From assembly GCA_003212315.1 (NCBI GenBank), contig QCQB01000010.1, forward strand, positions 1,486 through 65,485: a stretch of 64,000 nucleotides of DNA, given 5' to 3'. Positions 49,557 to 58,892 of this stretch are shown here, one piece after another. Every line of letters starts with the position of its first letter. The stretch's first letter is position 1. A program made the position numbers and the translations under genes. A model generated the notes under the pieces. The model worked only from the letters and a program-made list of their open reading frames with translations, made no database searches and was not told where the DNA came from. Origin of the DNA: SAR116 cluster bacterium AG-447-C21 (lineage in GTDB: Bacteria; Pseudomonadota; Alphaproteobacteria; Thalassobaculales; Thalassobaculaceae).

Positions 49557-50762
49557 TTAAGAGCGAATTTTTGGTATTAGAACAACTACACTCATAATTC
49601 CTAGGATACCTATAAAAGAAATAATCTTTAAGGCGTTCTGTGCCCCAAAATTGTCTGCCATTAAACCCAGGCTTATTAGACCAATCGGAGCGCATCCAAT
49701 GCACACTGATAGGAGTCCCATCAGTCGACTTCTAGCCTCTTCTGGAGCAAGTAAAAGCACCAAAGTACTCTGCATTGCTCCAAAACCTGCCATTCCTAGG
49801 CCAGATACCAACAATATTGTAACCGCAAGGCCATAGTAAGTAGCAAACGACAAGCAAAAGATGCCAGATAAAAATACCAGAGAACCGTATAGATAGGTGC
49901 GCTTAAAACCAGCCGGTCTGATTACAAATGCTACTATCAAGGCGCCTATAAAAGCACCCGCACCCTCAGCTGCGGAGAGAACACCAATTAATGCTGGCGG
50001 TACTTCGTAGACAGACCTTCCAAGAACTGGCACCATTGAAGCGTAGGGAAATCCGCAAATATTTAAAATTACTGTTATAAGATAAACAGCTATCAACTCA
50101 GGAGAATTACGAACAATTCGAATACCCTCTTTCAACATTTTGAAATACGGCTCTATTTCTCTTTTTACGTATTTTTTTTCAAGAACTAAGTTTGCTGCAA
50201 TAAGAACGCAGATAAAATGGACTGTTGCGGATATTATGAATGCCCCCTCTAGTCCCAAAAGGCCATAAACGACACCTCCGGCAAAAGGACCAATCATCCT
50301 GGTAATATTGTTTGTTGCTGAATCTAAGGAAACACCACGCCCAAGATTTTCTAATCCAGAAAACTCACCTATTAGAGTTCTTCTGACTGGATAATCTAAT
50401 GCCCAACAGGTACCGTTTAGAAAAACGCAAATTAAAATACTCCATATTTCGATGATCCCCCAATTCGCCATTAATGCCATAACAGCACTCGAAATAGCCA
50501 TAGTAGTAAAACCAATAACTAAGAGATATTTTCTATTTGTCTTTTCTGCAATAGGACCTATAAAACTTCCAAATAAAGCCAATGGAAGCTGGCGTGCTAC
50601 TGTCATAATAGCTACAAGTAGGGCTGATCCGGTAATCTCATATACAAAAATTCCGATAGCAAGCATTTCAAGCCACCGCATAGTATTGGCTAGCAGCCCC
50701 ACAGCCCAGACCCTTTTGAATCCTGGGTCTTTTAACAGACTAAGCGGATTATTAGTTCTCAT
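49557..50762 (-). CDS. MFS transporter
   Basis: 401-aa protein with roughly 12 hydrophobic segments and typical MFS loop composition. The substrate is unknown. Confidence 0.75.
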   Translation of the reverse strand: MRTNNPLSLLKDPGFKRVWAVGLLANTMRWLEMLAIGIFVYEITGSALLVAIMTVARQLPLALFGSFIGPIAEKTNRKYLLVIGFTTMAISSAVMALMANWGIIEIWSILICVFLNGTCWALDYPVRRTLIGEFSGLENLGRGVSLDSATNNITRMIGPFAGGVVYGLLGLEGAFIISATVHFICVLIAANLVLEKKYVKREIEPYFKMLKEGIRIVRNSPELIAVYLITVILNICGFPYASMVPVLGRSVYEVPPALIGVLSAAEGAGAFIGALIVAFVIRPAGFKRTYLYGSLVFLSGIFCLSFATYYGLAVTILLVSGLGMAGFGAMQSTLVLLLAPEEARSRLMGLLSVCIGCAPIGLISLGLMADNFGAQNALKIISFIGILGIMSVVVLIPKIRS

Positions 50763-50861
50763 AAAATACTTCTTTAAAATTTCAAAATAAGCGTAGAATG
50801 ATGTAAAACTGGAATTATTAATATTATAGTCTTCTTTAAATCCTATTGATCATTAATTGGC

Positions 50862-52175
50862 CTAGCTACCCAATAACTTTTCTGGAAGCCATAATGCCAG
50901 TTCAGGAAAAACCATAACTAAAACCAAAACTACTAAGTCTAATAGAATAAAGGGGATAACACCCTTATACATATGCGCCAAAGTAATTTCTGGAGGCGCT
51001 ATAGCTCTAAAATAAAATATCGCCCCAGCCATAGGGGGGGTTAAATAACTGGTTTGCTTCACAACTAGAAAAAGAACGGCAAACCATATTGGGTCAAAAC
51101 CAAAACTTTCTACCAATGGGAAGCCTATGGGAACTATTATCAAAATAATAGACAATCCATCTAGCACAAAACCTGCCAAAAAAACTAAACCCAGAATAAG
51201 TATTAAAGTACCCCAAGGGCCCAACTCCCAGAAATTCAGGACCGCTCGCACTGCGTCAAAGCCCCCAGAGGATAAGAAGACGCTTGCAAACATGGTTCCA
51301 CCAACAACAATGACCAAAATCATCGCTGTAACCTCTATAGTTTTTACCATTGCTTCCATCATTATAGCTATCGTAAATGTTCTATAAAAAACGGTTAATA
51401 TAACGGTACCTATTGCTCCGACGGCTGCTGCTTCTGTTGGAACTGCTATTCCCATCATTATACTTCCAAGAACGGAAACTATAAGAATTAATGGAGGAAG
51501 CAAGGCTACACTTGTCAATTTTAATTTCGATGAGAAGGTCATAGTATTGTTAGCCAATGGAATTCTAGGCCCGGCGCTAGGGTCCAGATAACATCTAGTA
51601 ATAATATAGATTACATAGAGGAATGCCATTAGAAGACCCGGTATGAACATCCCAATAAACATATCTCCCAACGACATTTCGGAAACAGCAGCCAAGATTA
51701 TCACAACGACAGAGGGTGGAATTATAGCTCCCAAAGATCCACCAGCCGTTACAGTTCCTGAAATCAATCCTTTATCATATCCATGTCGCAGCATAACAGG
51801 CGTTGCAAGCAATCCAACAACAGTCTCTGTTGCTCCTATTACACCACTGCAAGCAGCAAAAATAACGCACATTGCTATGGTACCTACAGCTAGCCCACCA
51901 GGAAGCCTTTGGGTCCATAAATGAATAGCTTCAAATAAACGTTCCGCTGTACCCGATTTTTCCAGCATATTTCCCATGAAGATAAACAATGGAACCGCGG
52001 CTAAGATCGATGCCCCAGTAATATCATCTACTTTGTGCATGAAAACAAAAAAAGTATTTTCCCCAAACCTCATGATGCCAAAAATGAATGCCGTTGACAT
52101 CAGGGCAAAAGCAATAGGGACACCTAGAAAAATTAGTGTTAATAGAACCGGAAACATCCAGGTGACGATGTCCAT
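50862..52175 (-). CDS. dctM: TRAP transporter large permease (DctM family)
   Basis: 437-aa polytopic protein directly downstream (4-nt gap) of a DctQ-like gene, with a DctM-like sequence pattern (FMGNMLEKSG, GGLAV). Confidence 0.85.
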   Translation of the reverse strand: MDIVTWMFPVLLTLIFLGVPIAFALMSTAFIFGIMRFGENTFFVFMHKVDDITGASILAAVPLFIFMGNMLEKSGTAERLFEAIHLWTQRLPGGLAVGTIAMCVIFAACSGVIGATETVVGLLATPVMLRHGYDKGLISGTVTAGGSLGAIIPPSVVVIILAAVSEMSLGDMFIGMFIPGLLMAFLYVIYIITRCYLDPSAGPRIPLANNTMTFSSKLKLTSVALLPPLILIVSVLGSIMMGIAVPTEAAAVGAIGTVILTVFYRTFTIAIMMEAMVKTIEVTAMILVIVVGGTMFASVFLSSGGFDAVRAVLNFWELGPWGTLILILGLVFLAGFVLDGLSIILIIVPIGFPLVESFGFDPIWFAVLFLVVKQTSYLTPPMAGAIFYFRAIAPPEITLAHMYKGVIPFILLDLVVLVLVMVFPELALWLPEKLLGS

Positions 52176-52179
52176 GGAT

Positions 52180-52698
52180 CTATCTACTATCGTTTTTTGA
52201 ATTTATAGAAAAAGCTAGATAACCTGTTTTTATAGCTTCAGAAATTAATTGTGCTGAGAAGATCACAAAACCAGTAGCTATAGCTGCACGTAAAGGCCAA
52301 ACGAGTGGGTTCCATCCAGATTCTCCAGAAGTCTCACCAATAACCCAGGATCTCCATGCATATTCAACCAAACCTGCAGAAACCCATATAATAAGAGGCA
52401 CCATAAAAAATAACAAAATAGTGAAATCCAAAAAATACTTAATCCGAGCAGGCATCCGCGCATATAAAAAATCGATCCGTATGTGCGCGTTATTGCGTGT
52501 CACCAAAGCTATCCCCAATGCAAAATGAGCTCCCGTAAGCATATAACTTAACTCATATGCCCAAAAAGTAGGCCAATTTAGGATGAATCGAGCCAAAGCT
52601 TCATACGTCATTATCAGCCCTAGCGGGAGAACCAACATAGCAGCCGTCGAACCCACTAAAGTAGATATCCGATCAATAAACAGTGCTATTCTCAACAT
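52180..52698 (-). CDS. dctQ: TRAP transporter small permease (DctQ family)
   Basis: 172 aa with four TM segments, positioned immediately upstream of dctM. Confidence 0.75.
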   Translation of the reverse strand: MLRIALFIDRISTLVGSTAAMLVLPLGLIMTYEALARFILNWPTFWAYELSYMLTGAHFALGIALVTRNNAHIRIDFLYARMPARIKYFLDFTILLFFMVPLIIWVSAGLVEYAWRSWVIGETSGESGWNPLVWPLRAAIATGFVIFSAQLISEAIKTGYLAFSINSKNDSR

Positions 52699-52735
52699 AA
52701 AACAAAATTAGCACATAAAAGATGAGAATTCCGAA

Positions 52736-52769
52736 ATATTTACATATGAGCAAGTTAATATGTAAATAT
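52736..52769. promoter_or_regulatory. Perfect 12-bp inverted repeat (candidate operator) in the dctQ / asparaginase divergent intergenic region
   Basis: atatttacatat (52736-52747) and atatgtaaatat (52758-52769) are exact reverse complements separated by 10 bp. Confidence 0.5.
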
Positions 52770-52799
52770 GGATATTCAAATTATAAAAAGGGGTAATCC

Positions 52800-53807
52800 G
52801 TGTCCAATGTAAAACCCAAGATAGCATTCTTAGGAACAGGTGGTACAATCTCATATACTGGTCGCAATAGTCTCGACGTTTGGGAATATATGGACTTTGG
52901 CACTCGATTAAATATATCGGATATATTGAATCAATTTCCTGAAGTTGAAGAAGCAGCTGATTTTGTTCCCATAAATGTCCGTCAAGTTTCTAGCTCCGGC
53001 ATCATCCCCGATGACTGGTTAGCACTTTCCAAAACAATTCAAGAAGTCGATCAAAGTCACGATGATATTGACGGGATTGTAATTACTCACGGCACCGCCA
53101 CCCTAGAGGAGACGGCTTATTTTATCAATTTGACAGCAAAAACGAAAATTCCAATTGTGATGATAGGAGCTCAACGCCCATCATCAGGTTTTGCAACAGA
53201 TGCTGGGAGCAATCTTTTATCGGCTATACGTGCAGCCGGATCAAAAGAAGCCATCGGCCTCGGTGTCCTGGTGCTATTGAATGAAGAAATACAAGCTGCT
53301 CGAGAAGTCACAAAAACCTCTACGCTGCGATTAGAGACGTTTCAAACTCCAGACTTAGGCATGCTCGGATATGCTGACCCGGATGGCAAAATAGCTATTT
53401 ACAGAAGACCTAGCCGTCCTCACACAATAGATACTGTTTTTGATACAAATCATATTGCTGAATTACCAAGGGTTGACATCGTACCAAGTTACGCTGGCGC
53501 AGATGGAACGGCGATTGAAGCATTTATTTCAGCGGGCGCAAAAGCAATAGTCGTATCCACTCTTGCACCTGGACTGCCTGCATCACCCCAATTGGAAGCA
53601 ATAAAAAAAGCGTTAGAAAAAAATATAATCGTTATTTATAGCACTAGAGCTGGAAGTGGGAGGGTCCTTCGTCGACAGTCAATGATTGATTCTGGGATTA
53701 TTGCCGCAGATAATCTTAATCCACAAAAGGCTAGGGTATTGGCGATGCTAGCACTCACTAAGTCAACCGATACAGAGATCATTCAAAACTTCTTTGATCT
53801 TTATTAA
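52800..53807 (+). CDS. L-asparaginase family protein
   Basis: 335 aa with N-terminal GTGGTISYTG (catalytic Thr motif) and HGTATLEETAYF (cf. HGTDT). It has a GTG start preceded by AAGGGG. Confidence 0.8.
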   Translation: MSNVKPKIAFLGTGGTISYTGRNSLDVWEYMDFGTRLNISDILNQFPEVEEAADFVPINVRQVSSSGIIPDDWLALSKTIQEVDQSHDDIDGIVITHGTATLEETAYFINLTAKTKIPIVMIGAQRPSSGFATDAGSNLLSAIRAAGSKEAIGLGVLVLLNEEIQAAREVTKTSTLRLETFQTPDLGMLGYADPDGKIAIYRRPSRPHTIDTVFDTNHIAELPRVDIVPSYAGADGTAIEAFISAGAKAIVVSTLAPGLPASPQLEAIKKALEKNIIVIYSTRAGSGRVLRRQSMIDSGIIAADNLNPQKARVLAMLALTKSTDTEIIQNFFDLY

Positions 53808-53835
53808 TTAAACATAACTTTTGGGATATTAGAAA

Positions 53836-55521
53836 ATGGAACATCAAACTGCAGCCGCCACGATGGCAGATATGCTCAAGGGTTATGGAGTAACTCATGT
53901 TTTTTACTTACCCGCAGTCTTGCGCAGGATGTTGAGAGAGATAGAAAGAAGAACTTCAATTAAAGGAATCCATGCACATTCTGAGGCCGGCGCAGCATAT
54001 ATGGCCGACGGTTACGCCCGTGTAACTGGACGGCCTGGTATCTGTATGGCACAAATCATTGGTGCCTTAAACTTGTGCGCAGGACTGCGAGATGCTCATT
54101 TAGCAAAAAGTCCTATAATAGCACTAACGGGAGGGCGAGAAGCTAATCATAGAGACCGTTGGGCATATCAGGAAGTAGATGATGTTCCAGCGTTCACTCC
54201 ATACACTAAAATGAATTCAGTAGTTGACGATCCAAAGCGACTACCCGACATGCTAAGGCAAGCATTTAGAGTAGCAACTACTGGAAGCCCAGGCCCCGTT
54301 CACTTGCAATTGGCGGGAAATACTGGACAAGTAATAGAGAATGCTGAGATAGATTTTGACGGTGTGGTTGAGGCACAATACGGTCAAGTTCCACCAGATC
54401 GCCCTCAACCCGATTTAAATAAGGTAAGAGAAGCTGCACAGCGAATATCAGAGGCGCGACGGCCAGTGATTGTAGCCGGTGCAGGAGTTAAATATTCTGG
54501 GGCATATGAAGCTTTAAATCACCTCGCAGAAGCTATGCACGTCCCCGTAGCAACGTCCCTTAACGCAAAGGACGCTATCTTAGATAATAATCCACTTTCC
54601 GTCGGAGTAGTTGGGACATATTCGAGACGATCCGCCAATCAAGTAGTGGCCGAAGCGGATCTTGTAATTTTTGTTGGAACGCGAGCCGGTGGAATGACTA
54701 CTCATTTTTGGACAATTCCAGCAAAGGGAACCTCAACTATTCAAATTGATATAGATCCTCTAGTGAATGGACGCAATTATCCAACCGATGTTTCAATAGT
54801 TGGAGACGCCAGAGTAACACTTGAAAAAATGAATGAGTTAAATATACCGGTCCCCAAAGAACGTGTTGAATGGCTCAAGCAGGTTAAAGCGATTTGCACA
54901 TCGTATAGAATAGACTTCAAAGAGGTTTATGAATCCGATGCTTACCCCATCCGTCCAGAGAGAATAGTCAATGAACTATCCAATGGGATGCCCAAAAATG
55001 CCGTTATAGTCGTAGATACAGGCCATTCAGGAATGTGGATGGGCGGGATGTTTGAAAAAAGACATGAGGGTCAAAGTTATATCAGAAGTGCTGGACATTT
55101 AGGCTGGGCTTTTCCTGCCGCACTAGGTGCTAAATGCGGTGCCCCCCATCGTCCAGTAGTTTGTTTTATGGGGGATTTAGGATTTTGGTACCATATGGCT
55201 GAAGTGGAAACTGCTGTAAGAGCCGGTATAAATACCATCACAATTATTAACAATAACAACTCTGGAAATATGGCAAAAGGCAGTATCTCTGCAATCTACG
55301 ATGATCAACCAACAAAAGAATCACAAGATATCTGGGTACAAAATAAAATAAATTTTGCAAAAATAGCAGAGAATATGGGTGCTATTGGGATAAGAGTTGA
55401 AAAAGCGAACGAAATCGCAACTGCATTTCAAAAGGCCCTAAAACTCGATAAGCCTGTGGTTATCGATATAGCCACAGATATTGAAATAGTAGCCCCAAAA
55501 GCATGGGAGCCAAAGGCGTGA
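53836..55521 (+). CDS. Thiamine pyrophosphate-dependent enzyme (acetolactate synthase-like family; substrate unknown)
   Basis: 561 aa. The N-terminal Pyr domain contains HSEAGAAYMADGYARVTG. The C-terminal ThDP-binding motif reads GDLGFWYHMAEVETAVRAGINTITIINNNN. Confidence 0.8.
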   Translation: MEHQTAAATMADMLKGYGVTHVFYLPAVLRRMLREIERRTSIKGIHAHSEAGAAYMADGYARVTGRPGICMAQIIGALNLCAGLRDAHLAKSPIIALTGGREANHRDRWAYQEVDDVPAFTPYTKMNSVVDDPKRLPDMLRQAFRVATTGSPGPVHLQLAGNTGQVIENAEIDFDGVVEAQYGQVPPDRPQPDLNKVREAAQRISEARRPVIVAGAGVKYSGAYEALNHLAEAMHVPVATSLNAKDAILDNNPLSVGVVGTYSRRSANQVVAEADLVIFVGTRAGGMTTHFWTIPAKGTSTIQIDIDPLVNGRNYPTDVSIVGDARVTLEKMNELNIPVPKERVEWLKQVKAICTSYRIDFKEVYESDAYPIRPERIVNELSNGMPKNAVIVVDTGHSGMWMGGMFEKRHEGQSYIRSAGHLGWAFPAALGAKCGAPHRPVVCFMGDLGFWYHMAEVETAVRAGINTITIINNNNSGNMAKGSISAIYDDQPTKESQDIWVQNKINFAKIAENMGAIGIRVEKANEIATAFQKALKLDKPVVIDIATDIEIVAPKAWEPKA

Positions 55522-56564
55522 GTTTAAATATTCTTTCGTTGACACCATTGCCCGAAGATATCCAAAAGGAGATCACAAAAACAGACCCGTCCATAGAATT
55601 AATAATGGCCCCAGGATGGTTCGATGGCGAAATCCGAGATACATGGCCCAAATTTACTATCGAAAGATATTTAACACCTCACTCCAACAGCCAATCGTCT
55701 AAATTAGAACGTGATAAACTTCTTGGTGTGGCCAATATAATAATTGTTGGTTTTCCTTTTCCGTTAGACATAAAGAGTAGATCACCAAATTTGAAATGGG
55801 TGCACCAAAGACCCGCTGGAAGTTCAAACATGTTACGGGGCGACCTTTGGAACTCAGATGTTTTAGTGACATCCTCGCGTGGTTATGCAAACAACTTACC
55901 AATCGCAGAATACACACTAGCTGGTATTCTGCACTTTGCTAAAGGTATAAATATTGCTAGTACAGAGCGGTTAAACAAAAAATTTGAAGCGCCAAAATAT
56001 AAGCCAATGCTTCTATCGGGTAAAACTATTTGCGTCGTGGGCGTTGGAGGCATTGGGCGAGAAGTGGGACGCGTGTGTTCAGCGGTTGGAATGCGGGTTA
56101 TAGGGACCAGACGCAGTGGTGACGATGCGAATGCGTATTTTGAAAAAATATACCCCTCCCATGACTTACTGAAAATTTTACCCGAAAGCGACTATGTTGC
56201 TATATGTTGTCAATGGACACCGGAGACAGAAAAATTAATCAATAGGGAAGCTTTTAAGGCAATGAAACCGGATGCTGTTGTCATTAACATTGCCCGTGGG
56301 GAAATTATAGACGAAACAGCGTTAATAGAAGCATTGGATGAAAAAGAATTGAGAGGCGTTGTATTGGATGTTTATAGAGGTGAATTTGACCATGCCCCCA
56401 ATTTCCGTTTATGGAATGATAGCCGAGTTCTAATAACTCCTCATATTTCGGCAGCATCCGATATAAACAGCCATAAGGGTAATGAACTGTTCTTAAAAAA
56501 TTTGAACCGGTATCTCCGGAAAGAAGAATTAGAAAATATCATTGACTGGAAGCTAGGTTATTGA
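55503..56564 (+). CDS. D-isomer-specific 2-hydroxyacid dehydrogenase family protein
   Basis: The NAD-binding motif VVGVGGIGREVGR, INIARG and PHISA are present. It overlaps the upstream ORF by 19 nt, or by only 4 nt (GTGA) if the GTG at 55518 is the start. Confidence 0.8.
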   Translation: MGAKGVSLNILSLTPLPEDIQKEITKTDPSIELIMAPGWFDGEIRDTWPKFTIERYLTPHSNSQSSKLERDKLLGVANIIIVGFPFPLDIKSRSPNLKWVHQRPAGSSNMLRGDLWNSDVLVTSSRGYANNLPIAEYTLAGILHFAKGINIASTERLNKKFEAPKYKPMLLSGKTICVVGVGGIGREVGRVCSAVGMRVIGTRRSGDDANAYFEKIYPSHDLLKILPESDYVAICCQWTPETEKLINREAFKAMKPDAVVINIARGEIIDETALIEALDEKELRGVVLDVYRGEFDHAPNFRLWNDSRVLITPHISAASDINSHKGNELFLKNLNRYLRKEELENIIDWKLGY

Positions 56565-56635
56565 TTTGGAAATAGTGTCTATAAACTCACTCGCCTTTTT
56601 CTTAATTCAGTTATTTGATTATACTTTGATATAAG

Positions 56636-57544
56636 ATGAATAATTTCTTTAGAACAGGAATTGATTTAGGTGGGACTAAAATAGAAAGTATCGTATTAGA
56701 CTCTAGTGGGAGCCAGGTTTTTCGGAAGAGAGTTCCGTCACCACAAGGCAGCTATACAGATACTGTTAATGCCATAACTGAATTGGTATTAGAGTCTGAT
56801 AACCACGTTCACGAAATAACAAAAGTGGGGATTGGAATTCCTGGAGCTCTGTCAGAACCAACTGGACTTGTGAAAAATGCTAATTCAACGTGGTTGATTG
56901 GAAAACCTTTAAAATCAGATTTAGAGTATTCTTTAAAGCGCCGCATCAAAATTGAAAATGACGCTAATTGCTTTACTATTTCTGAGGCTGTAGATGGTGC
57001 GGGTGCACAAGCACAAATTGTCTTTGGTGTGATTCTTGGAACTGGAGTTGGCGGAGGCATTACTATAAATGCAAACCCGTTGAGGGGGATAAATTCAATT
57101 ACCGGCGAATGGGGTCATAATCCATTGCCATGGACAAATGAACAGGAATTAAATCAAAATAAGTGTTATTGCGGAAAGAAAGGATGTATCGAGACGTTTT
57201 TGTCGGGTCCAGCTGTTGCAAAAAACTACTATAAAAAAACAGGAAAGGTTTTGAATGTCGAAAATATCCTAGCTTTATCGGAAGCTGGTGATCTAAATGC
57301 ACAGGGCATTTTCAATGAATTTGAAATCCATCTCGCTAGGGGATTGGCACAAATCATTAATATACTAGATCCCGATATAATCGTTATAGGTGGTGGTTTG
57401 TCAAATATCTCTAGATTATATGATAATACTATCAAAATATGGGATGAGTACATTTTCTCTGACCGCATCAACACTAAACTTGTACCAGCACGGCATGGTG
57501 ACGCTAGTGGTGTTAGAGGGGCTGCCTGGCTTTGGAATGAATAA
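56636..57544 (+). CDS. mak: ROK-family sugar kinase (fructokinase/mannokinase Mak-like)
   Basis: GIDLGGTKIE, VKNANSTWL, ENDANCF, GEWGHNPLPW, the zinc motif CYCGKKGCIETFLSG and GVRGAAWLW closely parallel E. coli Mak (YajF). Confidence 0.8.
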   Translation: MNNFFRTGIDLGGTKIESIVLDSSGSQVFRKRVPSPQGSYTDTVNAITELVLESDNHVHEITKVGIGIPGALSEPTGLVKNANSTWLIGKPLKSDLEYSLKRRIKIENDANCFTISEAVDGAGAQAQIVFGVILGTGVGGGITINANPLRGINSITGEWGHNPLPWTNEQELNQNKCYCGKKGCIETFLSGPAVAKNYYKKTGKVLNVENILALSEAGDLNAQGIFNEFEIHLARGLAQIINILDPDIIVIGGGLSNISRLYDNTIKIWDEYIFSDRINTKLVPARHGDASGVRGAAWLWNE

Positions 57545-57606
57545 AAAAATTTTTGAGGCCGATAGAACTAAAACTTACTTTATCAACGCATGTGGTGGTT
57601 GATTTA

Positions 57607-58860
57607 ATGCCTTTATGCAGAGATTGCTTGTCGTGGGACATAACAAAGGAAAAAAAAACGTGTGGGTTTTGCGGTTCTCCCAAACTAATTAACCACGATG
57701 AAATCAATCATCTTAATATCGCACATATCGACTGTGATGCATTTTATGCAAGTATTGAAAAAAGAGACAATAAAAATTTAGTGGATAAACCTCTTATTAT
57801 AGGAGGTGGTTCCAGAGGGGTCGTTGCAACAGCATGTTATATTGCACGTATATACGGAGTGCACTCGGCCATGCCAATGTTTAAAGCTCTTAAGGCATGT
57901 CCAAACGCTGTGGTGATTAAACCGAATATGACCAAATACCTGCACGTAAGTAAACTTATAAGACAAATCATGTTGGAGGCCACTCCTTTAGTAGAACCAA
58001 TTTCAATAGATGAAGCATTTTTAGATTTATCTGGCACGGAACGACTTCATCAATCCTCCCCTGCGGAAACTTTGGTTAGACTTGCTTCAAAAATTCATAA
58101 TGAACTCGGTATCACTGTATCGATTGGACTTAGTTATAACAAATTTCTTGCAAAGGTGGCATCTGATCTCAATAAGCCAAAAGGCTTTAGTATAATAGGA
58201 AAAAAAGAGGCTAAAACTTTTTTGTCCGAACGTTCAATAAGCGATGTCATAGGTGTAGGAAAACAGCTTCAGACAAGATTAAGACGTGATGGAATTTCTC
58301 AAATAAAGCATCTACAGAATAAAGACGTAGCTGAATTAGTCCAAAAATATGGTAAAATAGGAGTTCGCTTATCAAACTTTTCTAACGGGATAGACCCGCG
58401 ACCGGTTAACCCAACATCGATTGTCAAGAGTATATCAACGGAAACCACTTTTGATATTAATATCACGGGATTTAAAAACTTAAAGCCAATACTTTGGGCA
58501 CTATGCGAGAAGCTATCTACAAGAATGAAAAATAAATCAAAAAGTGGAAAGGTTATAACAGTAAAATTCAAAACATCCGATTTTAAAACTTTTACCCGTA
58601 GACGAACATTAAATAACCCTACTCAGTTAGCAGAGATACTATATAAAACAACATTTGGTGTTATTGAACAGGAAGCAGAAAAGAGCTTTCGACTTCTTGG
58701 CCTCAGTGTCAGCGATTTATATGGTGCCGAAGATGGAGACCATAACGACTTTCTCGATTTGAAGTTCAATAAAGCAAAGTCGATTGAAAAAACAATCGAC
58801 AATCTTCGCGCAAAACTTGGTGACGAAATAATAAAAAAGGGTAGAAGTTTAGACAGATAA
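57607..58860 (+). CDS. dinB: DNA polymerase IV (Y-family) with N-terminal Cys4 extension
   Basis: IAHIDCDAFYASIEKRDN, SIDEAFLD and SIGLSYNKFLAKVASD are present. The start is chosen at the Met of MPLCRDC (417 aa) because alphaproteobacterial DinB proteins begin this way; the track ORF starts 54 nt upstream. Confidence 0.9.
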   Translation: MPLCRDCLSWDITKEKKTCGFCGSPKLINHDEINHLNIAHIDCDAFYASIEKRDNKNLVDKPLIIGGGSRGVVATACYIARIYGVHSAMPMFKALKACPNAVVIKPNMTKYLHVSKLIRQIMLEATPLVEPISIDEAFLDLSGTERLHQSSPAETLVRLASKIHNELGITVSIGLSYNKFLAKVASDLNKPKGFSIIGKKEAKTFLSERSISDVIGVGKQLQTRLRRDGISQIKHLQNKDVAELVQKYGKIGVRLSNFSNGIDPRPVNPTSIVKSISTETTFDINITGFKNLKPILWALCEKLSTRMKNKSKSGKVITVKFKTSDFKTFTRRRTLNNPTQLAEILYKTTFGVIEQEAEKSFRLLGLSVSDLYGAEDGDHNDFLDLKFNKAKSIEKTIDNLRAKLGDEIIKKGRSLDR

Positions 58861-58892
58861 ACTGCTGTTGTTTAGAGAAAATCCCTTTTTTT

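Noticed and set aside
57566-57585. GAACtaaaactTACT upstream of dinB as an SOS box
   Set aside because: Only the first half-site matches GAAC-N7-GAAC and the second half matches 1 of 4 positions. It is kept as a remark under the DinB finding, not annotated as a site.
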